Part shown: in pieces, positions 45,398 through 54,949 of the stretch | Layout: the number at the start of each line of letters is the position of its first letter | Numbering within the stretch: position 1 is the stretch's first letter | Position numbers and translations under genes: made by a program | The notes under the pieces: model-generated | Told to the model about the DNA's origin: nothing | What the model saw: only the letters and a program-made list of their open reading frames with translations | Databases searched by the model: none | Assembly: GCA_051251855.1 (NCBI GenBank) | Contig: JBPOGI010000003.1 | Location: 1-64,000, forward strand | Direction of reading: 5' to 3' | Length of the DNA stretch: 64,000 bases | Source: Roseibacillus sp. | GTDB taxonomy: Bacteria; Verrucomicrobiota; Verrucomicrobiia; Verrucomicrobiales; Akkermansiaceae

Positions 45398-46764
45398 CCT
45401 TGGAGTTGGGCTGCTGCGATAGCGAGGTCACGCGCGACGGTATCAAGTTTGAGGAGGTGAATCCCAGGGAGGGGGCTTTCTAGGAAAGTTTGTTCGGTTG
45501 CGGAATCGGCAATAATGAAGGCGGTGACTTGGAGGCCTTGTGACCTCAGTTGGTTAAGGAAGGCACGACGCTCTTCGTTCCAGTCGGGGAAAATGAGGAG
45601 AAGAGCGGTCAGGTGTTCGCTTTCGCGACTGACGAGGGCTTGGAGGGCGTCGAAATCGGTTTGGGTTCGTGCCTGCACGGTAGCGAGGATTTCTAGGAGT
45701 TTGCTGCGACGAGCGACCCCCTGCCCTGCGGTGATACGGTAGCTTTTTTGGCCGATGAAGATGAGGTCGAGTAGGCACTCTTGGGTGTCCATGCTGGCGA
45801 CGAAAGATGAGGCGATGGAGACGGCTTCTTCAAAGCGTTGTCCGGGAGGGCCGGAGGTATCGAGGATGACACCGTAGTGTGGAAAAAAGTTATCTTCGTA
45901 CTCACGCACGACGGGGACACCTGTGCGAGCCCAGGACTTCCAATCAACAGAGCGCATCGCGTCACCAGATTGATAGTCGCGCAGGTGGAGAAAGTCACCT
46001 GTTTGTCCGATGCTGTTAGAAGCGGCTTCGCCACCCATGTGAAGGTGAGCGTTCCCTGGGAGAGAGAATTCGCTGATAGGATAGCGTTTGGGCAGGATGA
46101 TGATTTGGTCTTTAGGTGCAGAGACTCGTTGACAGCGTTGGAAGAGACCGAAGGGGTCGGGAAGAAGGACGCGGAGTTCGGCCAGATGAAGGATGCCGCG
46201 ATGTTGGGGTGTGAGGTGAAAAAGCGCGCGCCCGCTCTCGCCTGGTGGTAGTTGGCGGGGTGATTGTTTGGCCTCTAAAAGGTTGAAGCCTCTCTCTCGT
46301 TCTTGCAGCCAGGTCCAACGATAGAAGAGCATGGTGCGGTCGACGATATTGCGCTTCTCTTCTCCGGGTTCTGGGGTAAAGGCGAAGGTCTCATAGTCGG
46401 GAGTGGGGTCAGGGGGCCATTCCTCAAAGAGCATCGCGGAGAGTGGTTGGGTGTGGTCGTTGCGGACCTCGACCGTGTATTGGAGCTCTTGCCCGACACT
46501 GCCGAATTCGGGCAAGGAGCGGGTGCCAGAAACTTTGGCTTGGCGACAAAAGACCCAAAGGAATCCGGTGGCGAGCGAACACACTGCAAAACAGAAGATC
46601 ATGTAGATGGCCGATTCTTCGACGTTCGTGCCAAGAACGGCGGCGATGGTAGAAAGAAGGGCTACTCCCCAGCCAAAGGAGCGGATGCGACGTGCAATAC
46701 GCCATCCCCAGCGGCCAGTGCGGCTGTAGGAACGATGGAGAAATCTGAGACGCGCTTCGCTCAC
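45394..46764 (-). CDS. DUF58 protein
   Basis: DPFGLF, LRDY..GD..R.VDWK.WAR...VVREY. Confidence 0.9.
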   Translation of the reverse strand: MSEARLRFLHRSYSRTGRWGWRIARRIRSFGWGVALLSTIAAVLGTNVEESAIYMIFCFAVCSLATGFLWVFCRQAKVSGTRSLPEFGSVGQELQYTVEVRNDHTQPLSAMLFEEWPPDPTPDYETFAFTPEPGEEKRNIVDRTMLFYRWTWLQERERGFNLLEAKQSPRQLPPGESGRALFHLTPQHRGILHLAELRVLLPDPFGLFQRCQRVSAPKDQIIILPKRYPISEFSLPGNAHLHMGGEAASNSIGQTGDFLHLRDYQSGDAMRSVDWKSWARTGVPVVREYEDNFFPHYGVILDTSGPPGQRFEEAVSIASSFVASMDTQECLLDLIFIGQKSYRITAGQGVARRSKLLEILATVQARTQTDFDALQALVSRESEHLTALLLIFPDWNEERRAFLNQLRSQGLQVTAFIIADSATEQTFLESPLPGIHLLKLDTVARDLAIAAAQLQG

Positions 46765-46809
46765 GGGATTAAGTTAGCGCCTTTTTGGCTGAAGCTCCAA
46801 TGAGGAAAG

Positions 46810-47646
46810 TTACTGGGGCGCAAGTTGGGCAGTAACTCGGAAGAAGAGCGAGTCTACTATGATTCTCGAAATCGTGATGCTGTTAGTTGTCAGGGGGCTG
46901 TCTAGAGTGGGCTGCCAGTTTTCTTCGGTAAGGTCTGTCGAGACTTCGACGGTGTAGTTAATGGCTCCAAACTCACTAAGATCTTCCCAAGTGAGGGTGA
47001 CATCGCCGTTGAGTGCAATTGTGGGGGCTTCAACAGTGAGAGTGGTTGGGAAGGCGACAGGTTCGGTGGTCTGGTAATTGGAAGGGCTGTGGAGAATGCT
47101 GCCAGTGGTGTCGGTGAGGGTGACCTTTTCGCTTTCAGCTGTGGTGGCAATCCAAAGGCTTTGGTCGGTCCAGACTCCCCCGTCTTCGGCTTCGTCAGAG
47201 CGTTCGTCAGCATTGATGTTGTCCACTCCGTCAATACTCCATTGCAAATGGTCGGCGATGTTTGCACCGACGCCGAAAGAAGTTTGGAAGTAGAGTTGGA
47301 TAGCATAAGGACCACGATCGAGAGGGGTGGCGAAGTTGCCTCGCCCAGAGATATTGATGGCGGTATCATCTCCGGCTGGAGCGTTATTGAGAAAGTGGAT
47401 GAAGAGAGATTCGCCCGCCCCGATGGTGAGCCCGTTGAGTCCACCACTGGAAGAATAGCGACGGGTTTGGTTGTCGTCGTGACTGCAAAACCTCCAACCG
47501 TTCAGTGATTGGCTCGTGGTGCCGAAGTTGTGAAGTTCGATGACGCTGGTGGTGAAATCGACTTCGCGCATTTGAATGGCCCGGTTGGCACAGAGCGTGG
47601 GTAAAAATGCGAAGGAGACGATGAAAGTGAGAAGTTGTTTTTTCAT
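46810..47646 (-). CDS. Secreted hypothetical protein (lamin-tail-like N-terminus)
   Basis: Signal peptide, IELHN.G....L.GW; C-terminal YTVEVSTDL...W...FFRV. Confidence 0.8.
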   Translation of the reverse strand: MKKQLLTFIVSFAFLPTLCANRAIQMREVDFTTSVIELHNFGTTSQSLNGWRFCSHDDNQTRRYSSSGGLNGLTIGAGESLFIHFLNNAPAGDDTAINISGRGNFATPLDRGPYAIQLYFQTSFGVGANIADHLQWSIDGVDNINADERSDEAEDGGVWTDQSLWIATTAESEKVTLTDTTGSILHSPSNYQTTEPVAFPTTLTVEAPTIALNGDVTLTWEDLSEFGAINYTVEVSTDLTEENWQPTLDSPLTTNSITISRIIVDSLFFRVTAQLAPQ

Positions 47647-47755
47647 GTTACTGAGAAGATTACGTTTATGGATGCCGTTTGGATGCATCGAAGCGAAATT
47701 TCGTTCATAGCTAGGCTCGCTTGTCTTTCGAAGGGTGGCAATCTAACTTCGAAAA

Positions 47756-49060
47756 ATGAACGTGGAGGAGATTTACGCCAAGTTGAAGGAGTTGCCCGAG
47801 CCAGCTTTGGGAGCGGAAGTTTGGTCAGAATACGGCTCGCTTGGCTTTGGCGAAGAGGAAATGGAGCATCTTTTGGATTTGGCATCAGATTTTTATCTAA
47901 AAAGGGAGCAAAGTGATGAGGAGTCTGCGGTGTCGATTCATGCCTGGAGGGCATTGGCGGAGAGTGGCGACGCGGGTCTTCTTCCTGAGTTTTTGACTCT
48001 TTCGATTGGTTGTGATGACATTGCAGATGAGTGGTTTGCGAAGGATTTTCCAAAAATGCTAGGCAAGTTGGGGATGGCGGCTTGGCCCGAGTTGTTGGAT
48101 GCGGTTCGCTCGACACCAGAGTATCCCTGTCTGGCCCATGCCATGCTCGAAGGAGCCCCCCAGATGGTGAGGAATGTTGAGGATCGTGTGCGAGTGATCG
48201 GCTCGATAGTGGAGTTTTTCGATTATGAGCCTTTTCAACGAAGTGATCGGGCCTTTGTGGTGGCTGCGTTGGTTGAGCTAAAGGCGGTGAAAAAATTGGA
48301 GGTGATTCAGAAGCAGTTTGCAGAGAATCGAGTGAGTGTGGAGGTGGTGGGTGATATCGAGGAAGTGGAGATCGCACTCGGACTACGCGCTAAGAGAGAC
48401 ACGCCGAGGAAAGACTTTTTCAAGGAAGAAGTTCGCCTCGCGGAGAAGGAGAAGAAGGAGTTAGCTGGGTCTTTTCCGGATGGGGGTTCTTTGGAGGAGA
48501 AGTTGCAGTATTTTCTTTTGCGTTATGGGTCGGAGGATTCGATCAGAGGGGTCGATCAGTTGAATGGTTTTCTGCTGGCGCTGTGCGTTTCTGGGGTTCG
48601 GATGTCGAATCTTGAGCGAGCGGATTGTATTTGGGACCCTGTCGAAGGGGAAGCGGATGCCAGGCCGAAATTCGAAAATAAGAAGGAGGGACAACGGTGG
48701 CTGGAATGTGTGCGGGAATATTGCCAACAGATTGATCGCGGCATGTCAGATGGGAGCTATCAGGCACATGTTTCGATTTGGCCTGATGCCAAAGACTCGA
48801 TGGATCCGGAGGCGCCTTACTTTACGCCATGGCTTGAGGGGTTTGCGATGGGAGAGCTTTTGTTTAGTTTTTCAAGGGCGGGGGGAAAGTGGGAAGAGAA
48901 TCCTCTAGCGCTGCTGATGGAACGAGTATTTGAGGAGGAAGAGGCTGGAATGCGTCTCTTGGAGGATCGCGACGACAACCCGATCTTTGACTTCATGGAG
49001 GCGATTCAGGCACGTTATGCGAATCGGGAAGTACGGGACTTTGTTCCTTACTCTTCTTAG
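47756..49060 (+). CDS. Hypothetical protein with DUF1186-like and UPF0149-like regions
   Basis: IHAWRAL; LNGFL.AL...W.EGF..G. Confidence 0.65.
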   Translation: MNVEEIYAKLKELPEPALGAEVWSEYGSLGFGEEEMEHLLDLASDFYLKREQSDEESAVSIHAWRALAESGDAGLLPEFLTLSIGCDDIADEWFAKDFPKMLGKLGMAAWPELLDAVRSTPEYPCLAHAMLEGAPQMVRNVEDRVRVIGSIVEFFDYEPFQRSDRAFVVAALVELKAVKKLEVIQKQFAENRVSVEVVGDIEEVEIALGLRAKRDTPRKDFFKEEVRLAEKEKKELAGSFPDGGSLEEKLQYFLLRYGSEDSIRGVDQLNGFLLALCVSGVRMSNLERADCIWDPVEGEADARPKFENKKEGQRWLECVREYCQQIDRGMSDGSYQAHVSIWPDAKDSMDPEAPYFTPWLEGFAMGELLFSFSRAGGKWEENPLALLMERVFEEEEAGMRLLEDRDDNPIFDFMEAIQARYANREVRDFVPYSS

Positions 49061-49164
49061 AATGAAGTGGCGTTGGTGCTACTTGCGATCTTCAAGAAGC
49101 AATCTGCGGAACGTTAAGAGCTTTCCTCCTGCGAAAGTGCTATTTCCAGAAATTCTTGGGTCTG

Positions 49165-50163
49165 TTAGAGACCGCTGAGTGGGTTGTCTTCTTCTTCAAC
49201 TTCGTTCTCTTTCGCCACTTCATCAGCCGCCGCGGACCCGCGTTTTCCGATTGCTTTTGTTGGTCCCACGGTGGTGTCTCGTAGGGTTTGGCGCTCGCTT
49301 TCGGAGTTGATTTCGGCTCCGAGGAGAGTGGCGAAAGCGGTGAGGAAAAACCAAAGCAGGAGAGAAACTACTGCTGCGAAGCTCCCGTAGGTCTTTCCCA
49401 TATCGAAGTGATCGACATAGTAGGAGAAGGCAGCGGAGCCCAGGAGCCAGAAGATGACTGCAAAGAGTGATCCTGGACTGATCCACTGCCATCGCGGGAT
49501 AGCCCGATTGGGGACCCAGCGATAAAGGGAGGCAAAGATGAAGCCGATGAAAAGGGCCATGAGAGGCCAGCGTCCCCAAGTGAGGACGTGGTCTACGGTG
49601 TCGGAGATTTGAAAGTATTTGGCGAAGGCGGGTATGCCGGCGACGAGGGTGAGGAGGATAATACCCCCGATAAAGGCGCTTAAGGTGACGGCGAGGCTGA
49701 TGGCCGTTTGCTGGAAGTAGCCCCGTGATTCCTTTTCACCATAGGCAACATTGAGTCCGCGGACGAGGGCCCGGGTGCCTTTGTTGGCAGACCAAAGACT
49801 GAGTAGGATGGTGAAGACAAGTCCCCAACTCAAAGTGGCCGTTGACTGCGCAGTGGCATTGCGAGCAATCTCCGAGATGACTTCTTGGCTCTGGGCTGGC
49901 ATGAGTCTTCCTAGCTCCTCCACTTGGGCCTCAGCACTGGTAGGGGTGACGAAAAGTCCATAGATGGAGATGGTGGCTGCCAAAATGGGGAAAACGGAGA
50001 GAAAGAAGTAGAAGGCGATTCCTGCAGAGAGGAGCTGAAGGGCATCATTGGAGATCTCTTTTTGGACTCTCTTCAAAATATCCCGCCATCCTCGCCAAGG
50101 GATAGCGAAGGGGTGGTTCGCTTGACGACCGAGTGGGGATGCTTTTGGGGAGTCTCGGCTCAT
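49165..50163 (-). CDS. YihY/BrkB family membrane protein
   Basis: AGIAFY..LS.FP, LN.AY...E.R, YGSF..VV.LLLW, LLGAEIN. Confidence 0.93.
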   Translation of the reverse strand: MSRDSPKASPLGRQANHPFAIPWRGWRDILKRVQKEISNDALQLLSAGIAFYFFLSVFPILAATISIYGLFVTPTSAEAQVEELGRLMPAQSQEVISEIARNATAQSTATLSWGLVFTILLSLWSANKGTRALVRGLNVAYGEKESRGYFQQTAISLAVTLSAFIGGIILLTLVAGIPAFAKYFQISDTVDHVLTWGRWPLMALFIGFIFASLYRWVPNRAIPRWQWISPGSLFAVIFWLLGSAAFSYYVDHFDMGKTYGSFAAVVSLLLWFFLTAFATLLGAEINSESERQTLRDTTVGPTKAIGKRGSAAADEVAKENEVEEEDNPLSGL

Positions 50164-50387
50164 TGACTTGAGGTTAGCCCCTGTTGATGAAGGGGCAAGG
50201 TTGGTCCTTGGGTGAGAACTTCGGGTTTTTGGAATTCTTGTTTCTGCTCTTTCCACCGGTCATGAATACAATTACTGGTCGGAATCGTTTGAATTTCGGG
50301 GAGTTTGGGCGATTTAATCTTTTCATAGCGCAGTTTCCGGACTAGTTTGCTGCCCCTTTTTTTCGCTTTGCGGAACCCTATAGTTTA

Positions 50388-52160
50388 ATGAGCGCTACAG
50401 CTACTCCCACCTCGATCCGCAATGCGGTCATTCGCCTCGCTGGCCATTCTCAGGACGGTATTCAGTCCATTGGTGCCTTTTTGGCCCAGTTGGCCGGTTC
50501 TACTGCCCAAGACGTGATGACCTATATGACGATTCCGTCTACCATTTCGGGTGGACCTTCGATTTTCCAGGTGCACTTGGGTTCGGGTGAGGTGCTTCAT
50601 CCAGGCGATGAGTCCGATACCCTCGTCGCCTTCTATCAGGACAGTTACGAGAACCACCTCGCTTCGGTGAAGGACGGTGGCATCTGCTTCTACGATAGCG
50701 ACAAGGTGGAGGAGGTTCGTGAGGAGCGGGGTATTATCCACATTGGGGTTCCGTTCACTTCGGCCACTATCGAAGCTATTGGTGGTAACGCAAAGTCTCG
50801 GGGTAAGAATATTTTTGTATTGGGGATGCTTTGCGCGGTCTACCAATTGGATCGTGAAAAAATTTCCGATATTATCGCGGCCAAGTTCGGTAAGAAGTCC
50901 GAGGATATCTTGCGCAACGCGATGATGGCCTTTGATGCTGGTTATCTCTGGCCGGTGCATGATATCAATCACATGCCGATGGCGCCGGGTGAGAACGACT
51001 TGGGCCAAGAACGGCTTTCGACAGACGGCAATACGATGTTGGGCTTGGGCCTGATTGCTGGAGGTTGTCGCTTTGGTGCCGGCTATCCTATTACTCCTTG
51101 GTCGACCATTATGGAGCAACTGCGCTCGGAGCTTCCTAAGTATGGCGGCATGTTTATCCAGACTGAGGATGAGTTGGCAGCGGTCTCATTGGCGATTGGC
51201 GCTTCTTATGCCGGTCACCTTTCGATAACGGGTTCTTCGGGACCGGGTCTTTCTCTTAAGTCTGAGGCGATGGGCTATGCCACGATGGCTGAGCTTCCTC
51301 TGGTTGTGGTCAATATTCAGCGGGGTGGTCCTTCCACGGGAATGCCGACTTCGGTTGAGCAATCGGACTTGATGCAAGCGATTTATGGCTCCCATGGTGA
51401 TTCGCCCCGAGTGGTGTTGGCGCCGCGCGATGTGGAGGATTGTTTTTACATGGCGATTGAGGCCTGTCGCATTGCGAAAGAGTATTCGACCTTGGTGGTG
51501 ATTCTTTCTGATCAGGCAATTGCGACGCGCATCGAAGCTTTCCCTGAGCCTGATTTGAACAAACATTGGATTGAGCCGGAGTTGGACCTTTCCGAACGTC
51601 CTGAGGACTTCAAGCCCTACCCTCTCGATGGGCTGACCCGTCATTCCCCTCCGGGAGCAAAGTCCGCCAGTGCGAAGTATCCCGTTGTAACTGGCTTGGA
51701 GCACGACGAATGGGGTCACCCTTCTGGTAGCCCCAAGATGCACGAGCAAATGAGTGGCAAGCGTCGCGAGAAGCTCATCAAGCTCTCGGAAACTTATGGC
51801 GATCCCGACATCTATGGCGAGCAGTCAGGCGACCTTTTGATTGTGGGCTGGGGCTCGACTTATGGTCCTATCAATGAGGCCGTAGATCGTCTCAATTCTG
51901 AGGGGCACAAAGTGTCTCAATTGGGTATTCGTCACATCCATCCTTTAAACCCGAATCTGGATGAGCTGTTCAGCCGCTTCACCCATGTGTTGGTTGCTGA
52001 GATCAACGACCCTGGAGTCTATGGTTTCGGTCAACTCGCGACCATGTTGCGGGCGAAGACCTGTAACCCCGCTATTCAGGCGCTGAATAAGATTCAGGGT
52101 CTCACCTTCCGAGTGAAGGAGATCGTCACCAAGGCCGAAGCCGTTTTGGCCGGTAAATAA
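50388..52160 (+). CDS. 2-oxoacid:acceptor oxidoreductase subunit alpha
   Basis: GYPITP, Q.EDE.AA, SSGPG.SLK.E, QRGGPSTGMPT..EQ.D. Confidence 0.95.
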   Translation: MSATATPTSIRNAVIRLAGHSQDGIQSIGAFLAQLAGSTAQDVMTYMTIPSTISGGPSIFQVHLGSGEVLHPGDESDTLVAFYQDSYENHLASVKDGGICFYDSDKVEEVREERGIIHIGVPFTSATIEAIGGNAKSRGKNIFVLGMLCAVYQLDREKISDIIAAKFGKKSEDILRNAMMAFDAGYLWPVHDINHMPMAPGENDLGQERLSTDGNTMLGLGLIAGGCRFGAGYPITPWSTIMEQLRSELPKYGGMFIQTEDELAAVSLAIGASYAGHLSITGSSGPGLSLKSEAMGYATMAELPLVVVNIQRGGPSTGMPTSVEQSDLMQAIYGSHGDSPRVVLAPRDVEDCFYMAIEACRIAKEYSTLVVILSDQAIATRIEAFPEPDLNKHWIEPELDLSERPEDFKPYPLDGLTRHSPPGAKSASAKYPVVTGLEHDEWGHPSGSPKMHEQMSGKRREKLIKLSETYGDPDIYGEQSGDLLIVGWGSTYGPINEAVDRLNSEGHKVSQLGIRHIHPLNPNLDELFSRFTHVLVAEINDPGVYGFGQLATMLRAKTCNPAIQALNKIQGLTFRVKEIVTKAEAVLAGK

Positions 52161-52204
52161 ATTTCCATTCTTTAATCATCCTCAAACCTTTCCCGTAAGT
52201 AACC

Positions 52205-53092
52205 ATGTCTACAACTGCTGAACCTAAAAAATTGACCAAGAAGGAACTGAAGGCTGACCACCCCACTTGGTGTCCAGCTTGTGGAGACTTTGCTGTCCTT
52301 GCTTCCTTTTTCAATGTTGTCCAAAAGTTGGGCTTTGATCATGAGAAGATTGTGTGTGTGGCCGGTATTGGTTGCTCGTCGCGCTTCCCCTATTTCGTGA
52401 ATACGCATGGCATTCACTTTATCCACGGACGTGCGCTTCCTTTGGCGACGGGAATTTCCCTTTCTCGTCCTGACTTGCATGTCTTTGTGTTTGGAGGTGA
52501 TGGTGACGGTTATTCCATCGGTGGTAATCACCTGACCCATGCCGCTCGCAAGAACATCAATTTGACCTACGTGGTGATGGACAACTTTGTCTATGGCCTC
52601 ACCAAGAATCAGACCTCACCTACGACACCTATTGGTCGCAAGTCGAAGACCGATCCTCGGGGTGCGATTGACCGTCCCATCAATCCCATGGCGCAGTTGG
52701 TGAGCAGCGGAGCCACCTTTGTAGCGCGGTCTCATGCTTCTCAGGTGAAGCACATGAATGAGATGTATGAACGTGCCATCTTGCATAACGGTTTCTCGGT
52801 TGTGGAGACTCTCTCGGAATGCACGATGTTTTACCCTGGGTCGTTCGACGACAGTATCCCTCGGAAGGGTGGCGAATTCAATTTGGTCGGAGAAGACCAC
52901 GACAAGGGAGATTTGGCCTCGGCAATGGCGCTGACCAAGGACCTTTCGCCTGGCAAATTCGGAGTTTATTACGAGACCGAGGCAGCCACTAAGAACGAGA
53001 ATGAAAACGCCTGGGTGAAAGATGCCCAAGCTGCCCATGCGGGTCTTTCTTCTCAGGATATTCTCCGTAAGAGTTTTGCTCGGATGAAGTAG
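52205..53092 (+). CDS. 2-oxoacid:acceptor oxidoreductase subunit beta
   Basis: WCP.CGD, GIGCSSR, HGRALP, GGDGD..SIGGNH, YGLTK.Q.SPT. Confidence 0.95.
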   Translation: MSTTAEPKKLTKKELKADHPTWCPACGDFAVLASFFNVVQKLGFDHEKIVCVAGIGCSSRFPYFVNTHGIHFIHGRALPLATGISLSRPDLHVFVFGGDGDGYSIGGNHLTHAARKNINLTYVVMDNFVYGLTKNQTSPTTPIGRKSKTDPRGAIDRPINPMAQLVSSGATFVARSHASQVKHMNEMYERAILHNGFSVVETLSECTMFYPGSFDDSIPRKGGEFNLVGEDHDKGDLASAMALTKDLSPGKFGVYYETEAATKNENENAWVKDAQAAHAGLSSQDILRKSFARMK

Positions 53093-53099
53093 GGCTTCT

Positions 53100-53301
53100 T
53101 TTTCGTTGGCACCACGAGTTCATCGTGGAAATGCAAGTAAGAGCTTTGGCTCCTCGAAAAACACGCCCTTAGGCTAAGGGTCTTGCCCAGTAAGGATTTT
53201 GAGGAGAAGCATGGCCCCCTCCCGATGGGGGGATCGGGAGAGAGCACATTTGCTACTTGTCCTTAGGAAGTGTGGGCTGAAAGATCAACCTCACCTCCAA
53301 A
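53100..53301 (-). ncRNA. Candidate structured small RNA
   Basis: TTGCTT-N16-TACATT upstream; several hairpins and a partial closing stem; no family recognised. Confidence 0.3.
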
Positions 53302-53375
53302 CATCAATGTAGCGATAAATTCTAGAAAAGCAAGATGTTTATAGAAAAAATGTTATCGGTGGGTATATATATCTC

Positions 53376-54791
53376 TTACCAAGTGTAAGTCACTAGGTAG
53401 GTGATAACCTTAACTTCATCGGGTTCAAGGGTTTCTGTGAATTCGATGGTGTTGGAGTCAGTTTTGACAAAATTGGAGTCAGTATCAATTTTCCAATTCG
53501 ACCAACGCCAGAGATGCTCGCGGGCGGTGATGGTCTGCGCTCTTTTAGAGCGATTCTTCAGGGTGACCTCGATTGTCTCCTTCATCCAGTTCTCGCGATC
53601 GTTACTGATGAAATCGGTGATCTTGCGCTCACCGACGAGATCGAAGGCGTTGCCAGTATAGATTTTAAGATCTTCGTTAGTCGCGGTGTGATCGATGCGA
53701 TTCTCACCGACAAACTCTAGGTTGCCGTCATCACTATCTTCGCGGTAGAAGCGGACGATGCCTGCTGGCATGGCAACACCAAGGCCGTTCTCTTCGCTGT
53801 TTTTGAAGTTCCAAAAGATGGCAACATCTTTGCTGTATGTATGATTGTTGGGGCTGGTATTGCGGCCGCCAGAGTAGCGATACGGGATGGGATCGTAGAG
53901 GTAGCTCTTGGTAGCCTGCACTTTAGGTGAACGGAGGAATTCGACCTGCTTGGTTTCCTTGTCTTGTAGTGTAATAGGTCGAGGTAAGGTGTAGAGGTGG
54001 AAGTCGTCGAAGGCTTTTTCTTGAACGGACACGTCTGCCATGGATTCTGACATCGCCATCTTGGACCTGATATTGCGGTTATTGTAATTTGGCTGCACCA
54101 CGTTGACGTCCCCTGCTACTAGTTTGACTTTGGCGTCCTCGAAAGCGGTTCCAGAATTGTTAGTGGCAGTGATCCAACCGCTGAGGGTGACAAGCTCGCC
54201 TTCTTCGGGAGCGACAAGATTGTAGGAGGCTTGCCAAGTGAGACCACGTGTGAGGTAGGAAAGTTGCGCGTCGAAGTTTTGTACGTTTTCGCTGCCGAGG
54301 GTCCAAGAGAGGGTGGGACGGAGGATGGAGTTGTCCCCCAAGGAAGGAAAGAGAGGCTCGCCAGGGAGGGAGAATTGAAGGCCGTCCTTGGTCTCGATGA
54401 CGGGTGAGCTTTGGCTGCGCCCCCCTGCTTGGTAGCCGGAGCGGACGATTGTTCCTGAGATCATTTCGACTTTGCCGTCAGGATAGACTTTGCGAAAGGG
54501 AATCTCCTTTCCTTCGAAGAGGGAGAGGAGAAGGCCTTGGGAGACGGGGTCGTTGCGGTAGCTTTGCTCGCGGAGTGCGAAGGGGCTTTCGCCGGTGGGG
54601 TCGCGGAAGACCACGGAGTCGGGGATGACCTGGGCGGTGGCACGGTCGTATTTTACGGAGGTGTCGCCTGCTTGGAGCTCCACGGGGATGTTGTCGCGGA
54701 CGACTGCGAGGTTGTTGTTGTAAATGGTTACGGCGACTTCGGCGCTGGCTCCCACGGTCGTGGCGAGGCTCATCATCAATAGTTTCTTCAT
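53376..54791 (-). CDS. DUF4139 domain exported protein
   Basis: VTIYN.NLA.VR, SYLT.GL.W.A.Y, N.SG..F..A...LVAG.VN, HLY.L. Confidence 0.88.
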   Translation of the reverse strand: MKKLLMMSLATTVGASAEVAVTIYNNNLAVVRDNIPVELQAGDTSVKYDRATAQVIPDSVVFRDPTGESPFALREQSYRNDPVSQGLLLSLFEGKEIPFRKVYPDGKVEMISGTIVRSGYQAGGRSQSSPVIETKDGLQFSLPGEPLFPSLGDNSILRPTLSWTLGSENVQNFDAQLSYLTRGLTWQASYNLVAPEEGELVTLSGWITATNNSGTAFEDAKVKLVAGDVNVVQPNYNNRNIRSKMAMSESMADVSVQEKAFDDFHLYTLPRPITLQDKETKQVEFLRSPKVQATKSYLYDPIPYRYSGGRNTSPNNHTYSKDVAIFWNFKNSEENGLGVAMPAGIVRFYREDSDDGNLEFVGENRIDHTATNEDLKIYTGNAFDLVGERKITDFISNDRENWMKETIEVTLKNRSKRAQTITAREHLWRWSNWKIDTDSNFVKTDSNTIEFTETLEPDEVKVITYLVTYTW

Positions 54792-54949
54792 GCTATTAAC
54801 TAGGACACAAAGAAGGCCGAGTTATTAGAATTTTTTTTGAAGGGCCTTTTCGAATGGGGCTTTGTGGAGTGCGAATAGCTTGCGTCTGCTTATAGGAGGG
54901 AGTTGCGGGGTTTGAGATGAAAGCGGAGTCAAGTCTCCGCACTCCAAAT

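Noticed and set aside
49061..49164. Frameshifted SEC-C tail after the UPF0149-like gene
   Set aside because: No GRNDPCPCGSG-like motif seen downstream
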